A stretch of 63,513 nucleotides of DNA, filler included, from Platydemus manokwari (GCA_037951405.1; 5 parts of 5 records of this genome joined end to end with filler, not necessarily neighbours in it), one strand, 5' to 3'; positions 25,190-38,288 are shown, counted from the first letter of the whole stretch. Notes: generated by a model from the sequence alone, not told the origin. Made by a program: numbers and translations.

Positions 25190-27604
25190 TCACCAATTTT
25201 CATCAAATTCCTCTTGCTTATATGCTTCATCAGAAACCTTTATAGGACTAACACATTGACGGTTGTCCAAATTTATAATAGATTCTCTAGTTTCGCTTTC
25301 TGTTTCAGTATCTGTCAAACGCAAATCATCTCTAAGCCTGCTTAAGTCAATATCACTTGTAAATGATTGTTGAGGTGCTTTTGATGACATAATGCTGCAT
25401 ACAGTTGGTTGAGGATCCGTACTGGTCTCTGTTTCAGTATCTGTCAATCTCAAATCTTCTGCAATCATACTCAAATCAATATATGGGCCATGAGCCTGAT
25501 CTATAGATAGTTTGTTTGTCGATTTTAGTTCTTCTGAGACTTGATCAACCATTGAATGACTCTGAAGAGAGCAGGAATTTGGCTGAGGATCAATACTACT
25601 GTCTGTTTCCGTATCTGTCAATTTTAAATCATCTCTCAGTTGGCTTAAATCGATATCTTTTGAAGTGGAAATTTTCGATGATGACGAAGTGCTCGTTGAT
25701 GTAGATGAGCTTTTACTTATTTCAGAATCGCTTATGGTAAAATTATCTGTTTTCCAATCTGTTTGGACAATTTGAATGTTACTATCCTGGACAACCATCT
25801 CACTAGAACCAATTTCCATATCACAAGGCGTGGTTGATATATTTTCAGTAGCCACTTCCGGATCATAGCTTAAAGCATTTAGAGTGTCAACGTTTTCACT
25901 TTGTTCACAAGCTTCAGAGTCAATTTCTTGTTCCTGTATATCATTTAATATATTTTCTTCTGTCAAATAATTTATGTAGTCTTTTTTGTCACTCACATCA
26001 ATGTCTTGCAATTGTATATTGTCACCTAAACCAATTATTTTGGGTTGTAAATTACAAATATCCTTAGATTCATCTTCACTTGAAGATTGAAGATCTCTTA
26101 ATATACTTAAATACATCTCTTTCTTTTTTTGTTTTTCTTCAGCGCTTGTTAAAGAAATTTTCATTTCAGGTTTCAATTCGGGTGAAATTGGACATGTTTT
26201 ATCATTCAAAGTGTCATCATTTGACTCATAGTCAGGCTTTTTGTAATCTTCTTGAAGTTTTGGTTCTTCTCGATGTATCGTATATAATCCGCCTCCAGTT
26301 TTTATGATTGGTCTTTCTTTTATATCATAAATAATGTAATTTGAGGGCATTATTGATCCGGTTTTCACTCCAAATTGGGCTTTTGGACCTATTCGTTTAC
26401 CCTCAAGAGGAAAAGGTCTCTTCAATTCATCTGATTTTCTTTTATTCTTCGTCTTTTCTCTGGGACGAGTTACCTTAGATTTCGGCGGTCTTTGTAGTGA
26501 TTTAGTTTTAGAAAACTCTTTTTTGAAATCTTTTGTATCTAATACATCTTCAATACGTCTATCTAAACTTTTCATTTGCACTGATTTTTTAATATCTTCG
26601 CTTTCTAAAGGAGGCATGCAATATTCTTCATCATCATCGTCATCAGACATTTTTAGTTCTTCGGTAATTTTCATTAAGTCAATATCATTAGGAATGCTTT
26701 CAACATTTAATTTATCAATTATTCGTCGTCCAACACAAGATTTTTCACGTTTGATAGTTTGTTTAATTTGAGGTAGTTCGCATGAATCGCATGATGGACC
26801 TGATGGTACAACACATGAGTCATCTATACTAGTGATAGGTGTCATTTTTCTTGTATATTTTCTTTTAGTCTTTGGAGGTTCTTTCTCATGAGAAACGCAT
26901 TCAGAAGTAGATGGTAATACGTCATTCATAGGAGATGTTATTTTAGCCTTTCTAGTATATTGTCGTTTAGGCTTAGAAGGTTCTTTTATCGAAGTCATGT
27001 CAGTGGAAATTATTTCATCAATCAAAGCTTTAGGCTTTCTTGTATATTGTCGCTTAGTTTTCGGTGGCTGTTGGACCGATGGTTGATCGGCAATGTCCTC
27101 ATCAATGTTAGATATTTTAGGCTGTCTAGTATACTGCCGTTTGGGCTTTGAAGGTTCTGTAATTGTAGCTAGATCAGCGGAAGTATCTTCAACATTTAAA
27201 CCTTTAGGTTTTCTGGTATATTGCCGTTTGGGTTTAGGAGGTTCTGGAACTGTAGGTAGGTCGGCAGAACCATCGTCAATACTAGAAACTTTTGGTTTTC
27301 TTGTGCACTGTCGTTTAGGCTTTGACGGTTCTGGAACAGTAGTCATGTCAACAGAACCATCGTCAAGATTAGAAACTTTAGGCTTTCTTGTATACTGTCG
27401 TTTAGGCTTAGGGAGTTCTGGAACAATAGGCAGATCAGCGGAGCCTTCATCAAGATTAGAAACTTTAGGTTTTCTGGTATATTTCCGTTTAGGTTTGGAA
27501 GATTGTGCATTTAGAGGTGTTTCTATATGATCACAATCCTCTACCAACGGACATGATTTACTACTGATAGTTTCAGGCTTTCTTCGACATTGTATTTTTG
27601 ACAT
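25190..27604 (-). CDS. orphan 804-aa low-complexity protein with 8 K(P/T)KR(K/Q)YTRK-type repeats and repeated acidic IDLSxLxDDLxLTDTETE motifs; probably nuclear/chromatin-associated
   Basis: 2.4-kb uninterrupted ORF, first ATG (MSKIQ) at 27604. The repeat units differ at many nucleotides while keeping the frame open and the basic motif intact. Confidence 0.85.
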   Translation of the reverse strand: MSKIQCRRKPETISSKSCPLVEDCDHIETPLNAQSSKPKRKYTRKPKVSNLDEGSADLPIVPELPKPKRQYTRKPKVSNLDDGSVDMTTVPEPSKPKRQCTRKPKVSSIDDGSADLPTVPEPPKPKRQYTRKPKGLNVEDTSADLATITEPSKPKRQYTRQPKISNIDEDIADQPSVQQPPKTKRQYTRKPKALIDEIISTDMTSIKEPSKPKRQYTRKAKITSPMNDVLPSTSECVSHEKEPPKTKRKYTRKMTPITSIDDSCVVPSGPSCDSCELPQIKQTIKREKSCVGRRIIDKLNVESIPNDIDLMKITEELKMSDDDDDEEYCMPPLESEDIKKSVQMKSLDRRIEDVLDTKDFKKEFSKTKSLQRPPKSKVTRPREKTKNKRKSDELKRPFPLEGKRIGPKAQFGVKTGSIMPSNYIIYDIKERPIIKTGGGLYTIHREEPKLQEDYKKPDYESNDDTLNDKTCPISPELKPEMKISLTSAEEKQKKKEMYLSILRDLQSSSEDESKDICNLQPKIIGLGDNIQLQDIDVSDKKDYINYLTEENILNDIQEQEIDSEACEQSENVDTLNALSYDPEVATENISTTPCDMEIGSSEMVVQDSNIQIVQTDWKTDNFTISDSEISKSSSTSTSTSSSSKISTSKDIDLSQLRDDLKLTDTETDSSIDPQPNSCSLQSHSMVDQVSEELKSTNKLSIDQAHGPYIDLSMIAEDLRLTDTETETSTDPQPTVCSIMSSKAPQQSFTSDIDLSRLRDDLRLTDTETESETRESIINLDNRQCVSPIKVSDEAYKQEEFDENW
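26846..27496 (-). repeat. coding tandem repeat, 87 bp / 29 aa unit, 8 basic motifs
   Basis: KPKRQYTRKPKVSNLDDGSVDMTTVPEPS-type units; the seventh unit is 34 aa. Confidence 0.92.
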
Positions 27605-28093
27605 GTTAACCAAACCGAGAATAAATTATCTTATTAAATATCCAATCATTGATTTTATAATTGAAATCAATATATTTATCAATTACAATGGTATTACAAT
27701 TACAATAATGTATTACTTTTTGCTGAGTTAGATAAATTTTAATGGTTTTAAAAACGTTATATTTGATGAAGAATCAATTATAATCAGAATAATTTATAAA
27801 TAAATTGAAAATATTGAAAGAAATCAACTGATAGAAACTTAAAAATTTAATGAAAAATGTTTTCAACAGATTTGACTAAATAACAGAATCACTGATGAAT
27901 AAATTGATGAATGGATTGAAGATATATTTATTAGAACTACTGTATTTGTGTTATGTTATAACCATATGTTTTTAACGTTATTAACATGTAATATGCTGTT
28001 ATTATAATCATTATTACTGTGAGGATTTATTAAAATAATTAAAAATATTTTTATAATGTTATTAAAAAAAAATGTTATAATTAAAATTTTAAT

Positions 28094-28193
28094 NNNNNNN
28101 NNNNNNNNNNNNNNNNNNNNNNNNNNNNNNNNNNNNNTTAATTAATTAANNNNNNNNNNNNNNNNNNNNNNNNNNNNNNNNNNNNNNNNNNNN
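28094..28193. other. artificial assembly spacer N44-TTAATTAATTAA-N44
   Basis: Same structure as 17279-17378. Confidence 0.97.
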
Positions 28194-31100
28194 AATAAAA
28201 ATTCTTAATCGCTAAGTAATTTTATTTATCAATTTGAAAATCATTTTGTAATATAATCATAATATAATTTCATTATTAAAATTAAATTTTAATGTTGTCA
28301 TAATACTCAATATTCTTGATAAATTCTGTTTATCTTTATATAAAACACAATAAAAATAAATTCGTGTGTTTACTTTTGTGGAATTTTTAAAAAAAACTAC
28401 CAAATACGATTTCAAGTCCATATGGTTATTTGATGAGAAATATCCACTTGTTCTGAGCATGATATTTGAGAGTTTATATCAAAGTTATCTATTGCCTGAA
28501 TTTCTCATCAAACAATATTCTACCGGGAAAATAAATTAGACTTTATATTAACGAATTAAATGATGTTTCAAATAATGAAGTGTTGTCCTACCAGAAGCGG
28601 TGGTGAGTAAGCTTTATGTCAATACAGATACGTATGTGATCGCTTTTAATGTCGATGTTGATATTAATGGGTATGGAGATTTTCCATTAGCTTAATTTTT
28701 GTCTTCGTCAATATTTTTTGTCTCTGTATATAATGTGGATAAATTGAATTATTTAATGAATTAACATGATAAATAGTTGTTCTCAAATATAGGAGAAGAC
28801 TGATATTGATGAATAAACAAATTAAAAGTTTAATTTTAATCGTCATATATTGTTAATACAAGAATACCGAAAGTTGCTTAAAAGATCAATATATTCATAC
28901 CGTTGAAGTCATTAAATATCAAAATATTTCAAGTGATGTTTGGTTAGAATAGAGATACATTCACCTAGTATGTAATTTAACAGTAACTATTAGTAGAATA
29001 TATATATATATATATATATATCAAGGATATTATTTTCTAGTAATCCTAAAGTATAATTTATAAGTGTCAAAGAATTGTGAAATATGAGATATCTAAATAA
29101 ATGAAAATGAGATATGGTGCACCGATCTTCGCTGAAGAATTCACAATCTACAGTGCACCATAATTTATGAATCTGTTAACTCGTTCAAAAATAAAACTCA
29201 AATGACATGCAATATTAGCATCAAAGCAATTTTATATACTATTCTTTATTTTATTTTATGTCTTTTGTTTTATGTCTGATATTTTTTTCATTAGATTTTT
29301 CTCTTTTAATTTCAACCTGTGTTCTTAAAGTGAACAATATAATTATAATTTATTACCAAATAAAATAAAAGAGAAAATGAAAACACAATTAATACAACAA
29401 ATCTAATTGTAATCTTTTAATTACTTTGTAATTTAATGAGAGGATGAGTTTTTTGTGGAAACAAAATTCCAGAGGTTATTATTGATGATCACCGAGGCTA
29501 TTTAACTCTATAATGGCAACTTATATATTGGATAAAACTTGGATTATTTTATAACTTTATTTGATGGAAAATCACTTAGAAGTCCCTGATTAGTAATTAA
29601 ATGAAGTCTTGAGAAAGCTAATACATATTATTTGTTACAGGTTTGAAGAACACTATTAAAACTTTAAGAAAAATTAAGGGTCAGTGCACACTTTCTCGAG
29701 TAATAATAACATTTAGCAATAGCAAGATCATTAAATTTTCACATAATTTGCATATAAGAGTCCAAGAAAATAACTGATGATTCTGCAATGGAAAATTACG
29801 ATAGTCTTCTGAGATTGATTAACATTTTCTTGAGAAAGAGCATTTTTGAAATTTTACCACAATAATTACAAGTGTTCGGATTTAAAAGCAATAAATCTTT
29901 TCTAGAAATTAATTTTCCAAATGAACCGACGAAAAGAATTATAAATAAGAGAAACTTTCCTTTTTTTAAATTCAAATGCTTGTTTGTCTCTGTCTGTCAC
30001 AAGCATTTATATTTCTCGCCCATATTATATCTTATATCTTAAAATCTCAACCTTTGACCTGTTCATTAACATGTACATTAACCAAATTAATATTAAGAAT
30101 ACGAAATAATTAACTCCGAAAACTATTCTCAGCGTCAGTCAATACCATAACAGTGTGGTCGAAAATTCCATACATAATTTATTGGATATAATAAATATTA
30201 AATTAAATCGATTGAGTGAATACCAAATCCGCTGTTCTGATAATTTTTAATTCACGATAGTCTTTAATTCAATACAAATATTAATCATAATATTTAATAA
30301 TTAAAGTAATAGTATTAATAATAATATGTATGATACTAATAAGAATTATTATTATTATTTACAATGATACTGATATTAATAATATTTTTTTGAGCAATAA
30401 AAGATGTAATAAATTTTTTAATAAAAATCTTTAATTCGATTAAAAAATTGATGAAGTTCTTTGATGATTGATATGATGATCCCTTCAGATAGAACAAGAT
30501 ATAAATAATCAAATCTGAAGAGAAATAAAGTCGTTTCCTTTCATTCTTAGATTATTTACTGAAATTTGTTTGAAAGACAATACGTTTAATTATATAATAA
30601 TCTTGGTTATAAGAATTTTTTTATTAACTAGAACTATATCAACATATTTACAATTATTTTTATTACTTCATTGTTGTGGGCATCAATCCAAATTCATTAC
30701 AATTAACGAATTAATAGTGTCGAACTGATTTACAATAACCGATGATTTTATTAATGAAGGTCAAATATTATAGCAATCCATTGAAAAAATCAACTACCGA
30801 TCAGAATCATCACAACATTTTTTTTAGAATAACATAAAAATTCGAAAATATCTAATGATCATATTAGGTATTAATTTTTGATTAAGCATTTATTTATAAA
30901 TTATAATAATAATTGTCTGTTAATGGATAAAAACCTATCGTTAACCAGTACAAACAGGTAGGAAACGCACTTATCATGACCGAGAGAAATAGAAAGATAT
31001 GAAAAAACAAATTCTAAACACTTTTTTTAAATTATATTAATTAAATTCGCTCTTTGCTCTCTGAATCTTTGTTCGATTTTCTGTACCGCAAACTTATTGT

Positions 31101-34100
31101 TCTTTCATAATAATTCTTTTCAACCGAGAACGATATTTGTGCAACAACAAATTCACCGTTGGGTACAGTGATACAATATCGTAGGTGGATTCGAGAATTA
31201 GATATTGAGTGATAGGTTGTATTTTAAAACGACTAGTTTTTGACTGGCATTCATTACGATCTTTAATTGATTGATTGAATTTCCCGATTAAGCTGATATT
31301 TGAAGATTTATGCTTACATGGACTTTTGTGAGTTAACTCGATTGATTGAATTCTACAATATTCTTAACCTATTTGTTCAGCAGAACATTTTAACTTTGCA
31401 AATTTTCTATTGTAGATTTAAATACATTAAATCCTGAACCCATTGATCAGTATGAAAAAGCAAAATGCAATTTCCACGAATGACGGAGGCCAAATTGTAA
31501 ATTATAATGGGTGTCATTGAGAAACTGCCTTGGATTCGAAATCATCAATCAGTGAATTATTAAATGCCCGATTCGAGGACATTTTCGGTTTCTATGAATA
31601 GAAAAGTCTATCAGTATCGAATGACTACCAATGTACTACATGTAGGGATTGTCAGTAGTAGATAGAAATTTGATAAGAAACTTCGTTCATACAAAGCTTA
31701 AGTTTTTCATAGCATATTCGTTTCACTGTAGAGTACATGGGTAAGCCATTATTTTTTTTAATTCATAACAATGATATCAAAAAAACTTCGGAACCCATGG
31801 GTGTATTTTTAAATGTTCTAAAAGCAGTTTATTATTTGTATGATTCGTGTAAATACCTTTTGAAATTAAATCATTTTGCAACACGTCCTTAACACAAAAT
31901 GAAAGGATTATTAATAAATCAATAATTATTTCTTCTTTTTATAAGACCAGCTAATTCTATAGTCTTACTCTTTTATATTTAATTGTTCTCCATCACCAAT
32001 TTTAGGCTCGGGCTTTCTCTCAAAGTATTGAGACAGTTTATTTTTATCGGATTCAGATCAAAGTATAAAATAATTATCAACAATCAGAAGAAGTTTATTC
32101 GATGAAGATAAATCATTTTATTCGTTAATAGAGATACCAGGATATATAAAAAAACCACAACGATACTACTGGTGAACAGGAACTATAATTGGTCTCAGAT
32201 AGTAGGCGAAATCATTCCAAGTTGAATATCAATTAATTCTGTCTAGTTGGTCTAAATGGGAATTTCAAGATTATCAATTATTGATTTGATTGATCGAGAA
32301 ATGTCAAAACGATATTGATGGGTCATGTTTTTCTAAAATGAAGTTTTTAATAAACTTCATATTTATAATTCTGAATTATTAACTTGTTTCAAAACCTAAC
32401 ATTTATTATTTATAAATTTATTATCCAAGCAATTCGATGAACTCACGGTTAGCGTTTATTTAATAAAAATATTTAATTTTAAACAGAAATAAATAATCTC
32501 ATATTTAATTTTGGCAATCATTTATTGATTTAATTTATTGGAATATTTTTAGAATTTAAATAAAACAATTTCTCTAATTGTACTTCAAAGGAAATTGATA
32601 TTGTAGAAATTAGAAACATAAATTATAAATATTGTCAAAAATCAATGGAAAACACAATGTAATTTTTGAATTTACTAAAATTATTAAAACCGCTATTTTA
32701 AAATTTTAATTAAGAACTCTATTTTAAGCTTTTCATTTTTGTTTCGTGTAACTTCATGAGTTGGTTGAAATATTTTGTTGAAAATTTTGGATTTCTATTT
32801 AATATTTTATTCATGAAACTTGAGTAGTTAAGCTATAAAAAAAATAGCTTAAAATTTCAAATGTGGATTGAAAATTTTTGATATTATTAGATCAGCTTTT
32901 ACATACCAACATTAAACGTGTTGTTTTTATTTTGTTTTTTTACTACTGCTATGGATTTTATTAAATAATCTTATTGTATTAAAGTTGTTTTCAACAAATT
33001 CAATATATTCACAAATACTATGAGAAATTTAACATTATTTATAAGTTTGTAAGTTTACATAACTATTTAAAATAAAATGAAGTCAATTTTTGGAATTGTT
33101 TTAACAATTCTTGCCCTTCATCATCGATAACATAAAATGATTATCAAATCGTTGAAGAATACTTTCCAGTTTTCATACACCGAGTCTAGGTTTTGATTTA
33201 ATTTCAATATAAGCTCTGATAAGAACCTTTTTGATTTCTCTGTATTCTCGAGATAAAATATGCGATTCGAACTTATTTCAAGACAGCTAAGGAATAATAA
33301 AATTTCTACTGGATATGTTTATTATATTTTGAATTGAAGAACAGTATATTTAATATATTCGATTGGAAAAACATTATACCGGATCAATTTGAAACGATCT
33401 TAACAATTAATTTGTTTATATTAAAAAATTTTATTCGAAATAAATATAAACTTTAAATTTATCCGAATATGTGTGACCAAATACTGTAGTTAAATTAACT
33501 GAATAAAATACAGCATTAAACCATGTCGGGTCATATTTTATTCTTAAAATTATAATAAACACGATAATTTGTGGAAATCATTGAAATCTTAGAACATTAA
33601 ACGAAACAGATAACCCGTGTGAAAAGCAGTGATAATTCTTTGATTGCATTAATTTAACCAGCATATGATGTTCACTATAAACAGAAGGTAAAACCTGGAA
33701 GGCTTTTATTGTGCTTACGTGAATGTAAATGAATAAAAAGATTGATTGAATCAAATAATTTATTAAAATGTAAAAATTATCGATTTGTTTCAGTATTTAA
33801 ATAAAATCTATTTGTGAAATACAATCATGTCCCACAAGTCTTGTTTGATTAAAATGCCACATTTCATACAATTTATATCAGATAGAAATATTGTTTGCCG
33901 TATTATTTGTTTATCGTTGATTTAATGTAGTTATAGTTCCAATTACTTGACATAGAAGATTGGTAAATATTTCAAAATACCAATGTATATAAAATACAAA
34001 ACCGCTAAATTATTATCATTTATTAATTTTTTTTCAAGAAAATTATTCTACGACATCGTTTAACGTTCGAGGTTTCATAATATGCAACAGCAACATTTTT

Positions 34101-34810
34101 CTTTGTCATATTCGAGTGTTCTTCAACAAACTTGATAATTTTATATTTTTCATCATACATCTTAGCCTACAACTTGCGTTTTTCAGCCATTATAAACGGA
34201 TGAAATAATTATTTAAAAAAGTGTACTTCTGTAAGATTTCTAAAGCAAACGAACATTTAAAAAATTAAGAAAGCTCAAATTATATTATTTTTAAAAGTGT
34301 ATCTATTAAAACAGATTTATTATTACATTGATAATTACAATTTAATAACATTATTAAATTCGTATTACTGAGACTGGATGGATACGTAATATGTCGAAAA
34401 ATCAATACATACTCATGTACATAGTAATAACAATAGCTACAAGATAATAAAAAATACGACTTAATTATACGACTTAAATACCTACTTTTGATAAAACTAT
34501 GAAATCCGACTAAAACGGACTCGACTGTATCATTAATTGGCCAAAAGATCGAAATTCTTACTTATGAAACATTTATTGATCACATCTTATACAGTCATTG
34601 AAATAGTAATTATAAAATTTGTTAACGTTCTCATCTATTTTTATATCATAGTTATAAAGCATGATAAATCATTCAACCGTATATGATTTAAAATCATTCA
34701 AATGTATCCCGAAAATAGACACTATTATACGATGAGCTATTTTATTTTAAATTCTATAATAATAACATTTTAATGTTTTCATTCAATGAAAAATACTCAA
34801 TAAGCATTAC

Positions 34811-35013
34811 CTGAATGATTTCTCGTTGTTCATCAATCCACGTTCTTTTTGTACTAATCTTAAATCTTTGAGAAAACCTTGATGATTTGGAATTTTATTG
34901 CTGACGATTATTGCAACTCGACTCCAATTGTAAGCTTGCATGAAATCGACCATTGCTTGAACGATATGCCAATTCGACGGTTCCAATCGTAGCGACATTG
35001 CTGCTTTATCCAA
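34811..35013 (-). CDS. internal exon of an NMDA-type (GluN2-like) ionotropic glutamate receptor, amino-terminal domain
   Basis: SLRLEPSNWHIVQAMVDFMQAYNWSRVAIIVSNKIPNHQGFLKDLR resembles the GluN2 ATD segment (LQLAPSIEHQ..AM..IL..Y.W..FS.V.S...GH..F). Clean TTTTAG acceptor and AG|GTAATG donor. Confidence 0.75.
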
Positions 35014-35105
35014 CTAAAATATTAAAACGAATATTTTAATATAAATTTAATAATGATCAATGAAAATTAGGTGAAGCCAGCACAGAAATGATAGCTTGAT
35101 TATAC

Positions 35106-35650
35106 TGTTAGATTATCAACCGCAATTTAAAAATGAAAATCTATATTAGCTAAAATAATACACTCAAAGTCTCAATAATAACAATAACAAAACTTTACTC
35201 AATTCACAAAGAAAATAATACAAAATGAGATCGGCGCTCGAAAGTCAAAAACAGAATGCAGAGTAATCAAAAAGACTGATTACTAAAATTACACACAAGC
35301 TAAGCACGAAAGTTACCGTCCAAAACAGACTGGCAAGAATCCATGGAACTCAACCTCTTTTATAGACCGATCGGGTGTCTACTTGATATCACGGATCTTC
35401 GCTTTCAATTCACTGAATTTTGTTTGTAGATCGATTTATTTGAGATTTTCCTTATATCTCTCGTGCAATTAGTGGATATTTGAGCTTTTTGTCGTTTATA
35501 GGAATGCGCCTGTCAATTCTTGACTACTAAATATGGATTAACATTAGAATGAATTTGATTATGTGTTTATCAGGTTTTGTCTGCAGTGATCCTTTTTAGG
35601 GTTTTTCCTTGATTCTTGTGACCCTTTTGATTGGTTTGTATTATATTTGC
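35106..35650 (-). mobile_element. solo-LTR-like element, family A
   Basis: Reverse complement of 56445-57042 over about 500 bp. Confidence 0.8.
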
Positions 35651-37149
35651 AGATGTATTATATTGTTTCGTATTGAATCTACAAAATCGTTCCCTTATTA
35701 AAACCTTTAAATCTTTCTATCTGTCATGACTCGATTACATGCCATATGAATGGAAAAATTTAATAACTACTTATCAATTCATTGGATGGTTTTTAAATTG
35801 CTCCATCTAATGGATTGATTTCCCACCAAAGGAAGTGATGATAATGAAATTTTAAGATCAAATGCGATCGTTTTCAAAAACATCACTGATACTGTAACGG
35901 TTCAATAACATAAGCCGCAGTTAATTATTGATTTACTAATGATACCCAATGTTTTTTTACCAGACTCATTCATTCATCGTCCGGTATTGGTTGATTAATT
36001 TCTATCATAAATTTCCTAATTGTAAAATTATCGGAATCAATTAAATAATCCATAAATCGTTTACAGTTTATGATTTCAAGTCAAATTTTCACTTAAAAAA
36101 TTCTGAATTTATATTTTATAAATAATTTTTATATTTTATAAAAAATTAATAATCAAATAAATTGGACTTTATTGATTTTTCCGAAAAAATTTCATGTAGA
36201 AAACCATACGATAGTAAGTTTTCGATTTGATAAAGCTACCATAATTATTATGGTGGAAATCTGAAAAAATCGATGGTTTGTTTTTTGATAATTGACAAAA
36301 AAATCGAAGATTAATTATTCATTGGTATTTTAGGAATTAGAATCAAAATGATATTAGCGAGGAATTAATTAAAAATAAATAAAAATAAAGCTAAGAATTT
36401 GTCTGGTTATTTAAAATAAATTTTGAATATGCTTGAAAAGTGCTGTTTTTTGATAGAGAAATTTAATTGCAATCTATACTCGATCTTTAAATAGTAATTT
36501 AAAATTTTCTGAAGTAAATTAGTGTTCTATTATTATCGAATAGGTTCCTCGGTAACAAAATTCAATAAAAATTATTTGCTAATTATTCGTCGTCGTCGGA
36601 TTAATTTCCAAATGAGAAAATTCATGATATTATTAATCGATATTTGAGCAGAATTTACCAAGAAATCATAATTGTTCTTCCATAAAATGTAGAAATTTTC
36701 AATCATAGAACTGTGTTGCGATATTATCAACAATTCAAAGGAACTCTGAGTGTTTCCATCAAGATCAAAGCGTTGTTTTTTAATGTTTTCTCGTACAACA
36801 ACAACAACACTGAGATGATGTTGATGGACTTCCTCAAATCATACATAGGTGCGGATGTGAGAACTTCAAAAGATCCTCGCATAAACTATAGATTCATATT
36901 TAATATCAAACGATTTCCTTATAATGACGATGTGGGAAAAGTCTGTGCATTCATTATGGCATATTTATGAAATGTTCTTGCAGAGACGAAACAATTAATT
37001 CAAGGAGCATCTTTAGATTAATGTGAAATACTATATTTAATGGTTTCTCTAAGGCCAAATTTATAAAATAAATTCCGTTTTCGTGGCTAGCATTTAAAGA
37101 GTCAAAAACTTAAGTTCAATGAAACAATTTCAAATTCTGGTTTGATGTG

Positions 37150-37240
37150 TGTTAGCCGCTACTATTTTAAAAACCGCATATAAAAAAGGAACTGAAAAGT
37201 CAAGACACAAAAAATCTATTTTATATAAAATTAGAATTAA
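37150..37240 (+). repeat. dispersed repeat terminus, family C (TGTTAGCCGCTACTATTTTA...)
   Basis: Matches 13696-13800 and the reverse complement of 19895-19998; begins with TG. Confidence 0.7.
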
Positions 37241-38188
37241 AATTTTTATGATTTTTAAATAAATATACATGTATTGATTATGAAAGGAAAAAATCGTCAA
37301 TAAAAATGAGCTTTTAGCATGAATAATTATTAAAAAAAAACAATTAAAAAAATTTCCTTATTATTAGATTTAAAATTACACGAACGATCTTTGAAAAGCG
37401 CCGCTGTTAATGTATTAGTGGATTGAGAATAAAATGAATATTTTATTTATAATAAAATATTCATCAATTACCGATAAAATTGAATTGTAATTCCGTAAAA
37501 CGATTTTTAATTTCTGATATGATAAATATTTTTTGCAGAAAATCGAAACTCGAATTTTATTTAATATTCATTTTTCAAAACATACCCACATAAGAGAAAC
37601 ATATTGTTCTACATGAGAGTTCATAGTAGTGCTGTTAAAAATTTGGGAAAATAAGGTAAATAATCAGATAAGAAAAAAACGATGATTAAAAATAGAAAAA
37701 TAATTTGATATTCTATAATTGATTTAATATATTTTATAAATAAACTATTTTTGATTGGACTGTCAAAATGCTAAACTGAAAGAGATCGATAGAAAGGAGG
37801 AAATATAAAAATTATAATTAAAAAAATTCATTTCGATAATAATTTACTATATCTAATAAATATTCTTTTAAGTCGTACTTGAAACGTTCAAAAATAATTT
37901 CGTTTGATTTCATTTTTTATATTTATAACCGTCTTGATATTTTATATCTCGACAGATCTGTAAATAGACTGATCGATTTTCGGTGGGTTTTGAAAATATC
38001 ATTATCACTTATATATGATATTTCAAATTCATTTTATAAAATATAATTGTAAAAACGTAATATATAAATCCATATTGTTTCATAACGTTTAAAATGAACT
38101 ATGATATTGATAAAATCGAGAATTACAACAGTATTATAATAGTAGCCATAAAATTAGAAATTAACCTGTAAAAAGAAAAAATAAATAT

Positions 38189-38288
38189 NNNNNNNNNNNN
38201 NNNNNNNNNNNNNNNNNNNNNNNNNNNNNNNNTTAATTAATTAANNNNNNNNNNNNNNNNNNNNNNNNNNNNNNNNNNNNNNNNNNNN
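38189..38288. other. artificial assembly spacer N44-TTAATTAATTAA-N44
   Basis: Same structure as the other three spacers. Confidence 0.97.

Noticed and set aside
27093-27530. 145-aa repetitive ORF on +, and other + ORFs in 25516-27151
   Set aside because: Antisense shadows of the 804-aa gene.
36713-36970. 85-aa ORF as a gene or as the missing first exon of the Rab effector
   Set aside because: No SHD1 helix motif and no convincing splice sites.
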